A stretch of DNA of 64,000 nt, taken from Spirochaetia bacterium. Its GTDB lineage: Bacteria; Spirochaetota; Spirochaetia; DSM-2461. The stretch spans positions 384,001-448,000 of the forward strand of contig CAXXIA010000002.1 in NCBI GenBank assembly GCA_963666985.2, read 5' to 3'. Below, piece after piece: positions 60,876 to 64,000 of this stretch; the first letter of the stretch is position 1; the number at the start of each line of letters is the position of its first letter. A program made the translations under genes and the position numbers. Below the pieces are notes generated by a model. It did not search any database. It worked only from the letters and a program-made list of their open reading frames with translations, and was not told the DNA's origin.

Positions 60876-60900
60876 AAGTCGATTCGGTTATACTGATTTC

Positions 60901-61365
60901 ATGGAAATTCTCCGCTTTCATAAGATTGTTCCTTTCGGTGAAGTTCCCGATGAAGAATTGGGATATTCGGTCGTAGCCGCAAGACACGACGGCCGCTGGG
61001 TCTGCGTCCGCCTTAAGGGGCGAACCGACTGGTGCTTCCCCGGCGGAAGCCGGGAAGAAGGCGAATCCATGCTTCAAAACGCCCGGCGGGAACTCTATGA
61101 GGAAACCGGCGCCAAGGATTTCGACATTCATCCTTTGGGAATTTACGGAGTGGATCATCGGCGATTACGCGGCGGAGAGGAAGTTCATGAGAAGATCAGC
61201 TGGGGCGGCCTTTACGGAGCCGAAATCCGGCTTTTCGGCGACATTCCCCCTGAATTCGAAATTGCCGAACGGCGGCTTTTCGACAGTTTCCCGCTGGAGA
61301 ACGCCCGATTTCCCCATATCATGCCCGGCATGATGGCTTGGCTTGAAGAGAACATGCTTTTTTAG
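60901..61365 (+). CDS. NUDIX hydrolase
   Basis: Nudix box PGGSREEGESMLQNARRELYEETG. Confidence 0.9.
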   Translation: MEILRFHKIVPFGEVPDEELGYSVVAARHDGRWVCVRLKGRTDWCFPGGSREEGESMLQNARRELYEETGAKDFDIHPLGIYGVDHRRLRGGEEVHEKISWGGLYGAEIRLFGDIPPEFEIAERRLFDSFPLENARFPHIMPGMMAWLEENMLF

Positions 61366-61410
61366 CGGAAAAAAGCCGCCGACTGTGTGGCCGAATTGCA
61401 GGGAAGCCAC

Positions 61411-61595
61411 CGGCGGACTTCTTGAACAAAGAATCTTATGGCCCGTAAACAGAGTCGCAGAGCAGCATCGTGAGGAACGGACACAGCCGTGGGGCGCAAG
61501 CGGGCGAAAACCATGGCGAATCTTCGGCAATACGGCGTTCGGCTGGGATAAAAATCGCTCATGCCGTCAAACCGCAGCTTAAGCTTTCCGTGCTC
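61411..61595 (+). repeat. Degenerate, interrupted copy of the MITE-like repeat
   Basis: Shares CTTATGGCCCGTA, ATACGGCGTT, GCTCA and GCTTTC.GTGC in order with 62291-62439, with about 80 extra bp. Confidence 0.55.
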
Positions 61596-61636
61596 GCTAT
61601 GCGTGCCCCGCATCGGCTCGATGATGCCCGAAAACC

Positions 61637-62167
61637 TTATTCCAAGGGCACGACTTTTCCCAGGTAGGGTAAATTCCTGTGATTCTGGGCGTAATCGATT
61701 CCATAGCCGATGACGAAAACATCGGGAATTTTGAAGCCTATATAGTTCACGGGAACTTCGGTTTCGCGGCGGTCGGGCTTGTCCAGAAGAGTGCAGATGG
61801 TCAGGGAGGCGGGTTCCCGGAGCAGCAGCATTTCCCGGACTTTGGAGAGCGTGTGTCCCGTATCAATGATGTCCTCGACGATGATGACATTCAAACCGCG
61901 GATGTCTTCGGCAAGATCTTTGTCGATACGGACATCCCGGGAGGAGACGGTTTCATTTCCGTAGCTGGAGACCACCATGAAGTCCATTTTGGCTTCCAGG
62001 TCTATGGCCCGAGCCAAATCGGCCAGGAAAACAACCGAGCCCCTGAGAAGACCGATGAGAACGATATCTTCTTTGCCCTTATAATCTTTTGAAATTTCGG
62101 CGGCGAGTTCGGATATGCGGGCGGCGATTTTCTCGGCGGATATAAGTTCTTCGATGCTGTAGTTCAT
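61637..62167 (-). CDS. hpt: Hypoxanthine phosphoribosyltransferase
   Basis: [22 protein letters not shown] and FVIGYGIDY. Confidence 0.95.
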   Translation of the reverse strand: MNYSIEELISAEKIAARISELAAEISKDYKGKEDIVLIGLLRGSVVFLADLARAIDLEAKMDFMVVSSYGNETVSSRDVRIDKDLAEDIRGLNVIIVEDIIDTGHTLSKVREMLLLREPASLTICTLLDKPDRRETEVPVNYIGFKIPDVFVIGYGIDYAQNHRNLPYLGKVVPLE

Positions 62168-62290
62168 GATAACCTCCGGGGCCATTATACGTGGTTGGAG
62201 GTTTCGGAGTCAGGAGGGGTACGCTGCGGAAAGCGGGTAACGGTACGAACCCCTCATTGAAATCAAACCGCAACTTTCTCTATGATGCTC

Positions 62291-62439
62291 CTAGCAGGCT
62301 GTTGAAAAAGGACCTTATGGCCCGTATACGGCGTTGAATCAATGCTCGAAATGCTCACGTACAGCCAGTGCGCTGCGCTTTCTGTGCCTGATTCGGCCTT
62401 GTCTTCGAACCAAATCTTACTTTTTCAACAGCCTGCTAG
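62291..62439. mobile_element. MITE-like element with perfect 20-bp terminal inverted repeats
   Basis: CTAGCAGGCTGTTGAAAAAG ... CTTTTTCAACAGCCTGCTAG; CTAG at both ends (possible target duplication); no transposase inside. Confidence 0.8.
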
Positions 62440-62520
62440 TAATGGTGTGAGGTTTTTCCGCCGCGAGGCCGGTTCGGCCTCAATCCCGCCGAAGCCGGTC
62501 CGTGCTTGTCCGACCGATAA

Positions 62521-64000
<1,480 letters not shown>

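Overview
This is a 64-kb chromosomal window, mostly GC-rich with AT-rich patches, most likely from a free-living anaerobic spirochaete (Spirochaetia). The taxon is inferred from the FemAB-type ligase, a MurE lacking the DNPR motif, an 'FAxGxxE'-type solute-binding signal peptide and a spirochaete-type transglutaminase/TPR protein. Most genes are housekeeping or metabolic: truA, metG, hflKC, ftsH, topA, murE, ddl, surE, hpt, monomeric icd, cimA-leuB, a 2-oxoacid:ferredoxin oxidoreductase/buk/ptb operon, a kduD-kdgK-eda-kduI operon with an IclR regulator, three c-di-GMP enzymes, and an AraC + sugar-ABC + ADP-ribosylglycohydrolase cluster. I found no rRNA, tRNA, CRISPR array, integrase or transposase. 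Signals absent from the ORF track: (1) a Leu/Ile leader-peptide attenuator before cimA; (2) a 129-bp tandem mosaic of covarying palindromes inside the kdg operon; (3) a dispersed ~150-bp MITE-like family with conserved structure; (4) a decayed ptsI remnant at the edge of an AT-rich islet; (5) a shared IclR operator; (6) about eleven apparently leaderless genes; (7) two single-base frameshifts (leuB and a small beta-barrel-like gene), possibly sequencing errors. I cannot claim a confirmed new system. The best candidates are the catabolic-looking ADP-ribosylglycohydrolase locus, the cimA attenuator and the palindromic mosaic.
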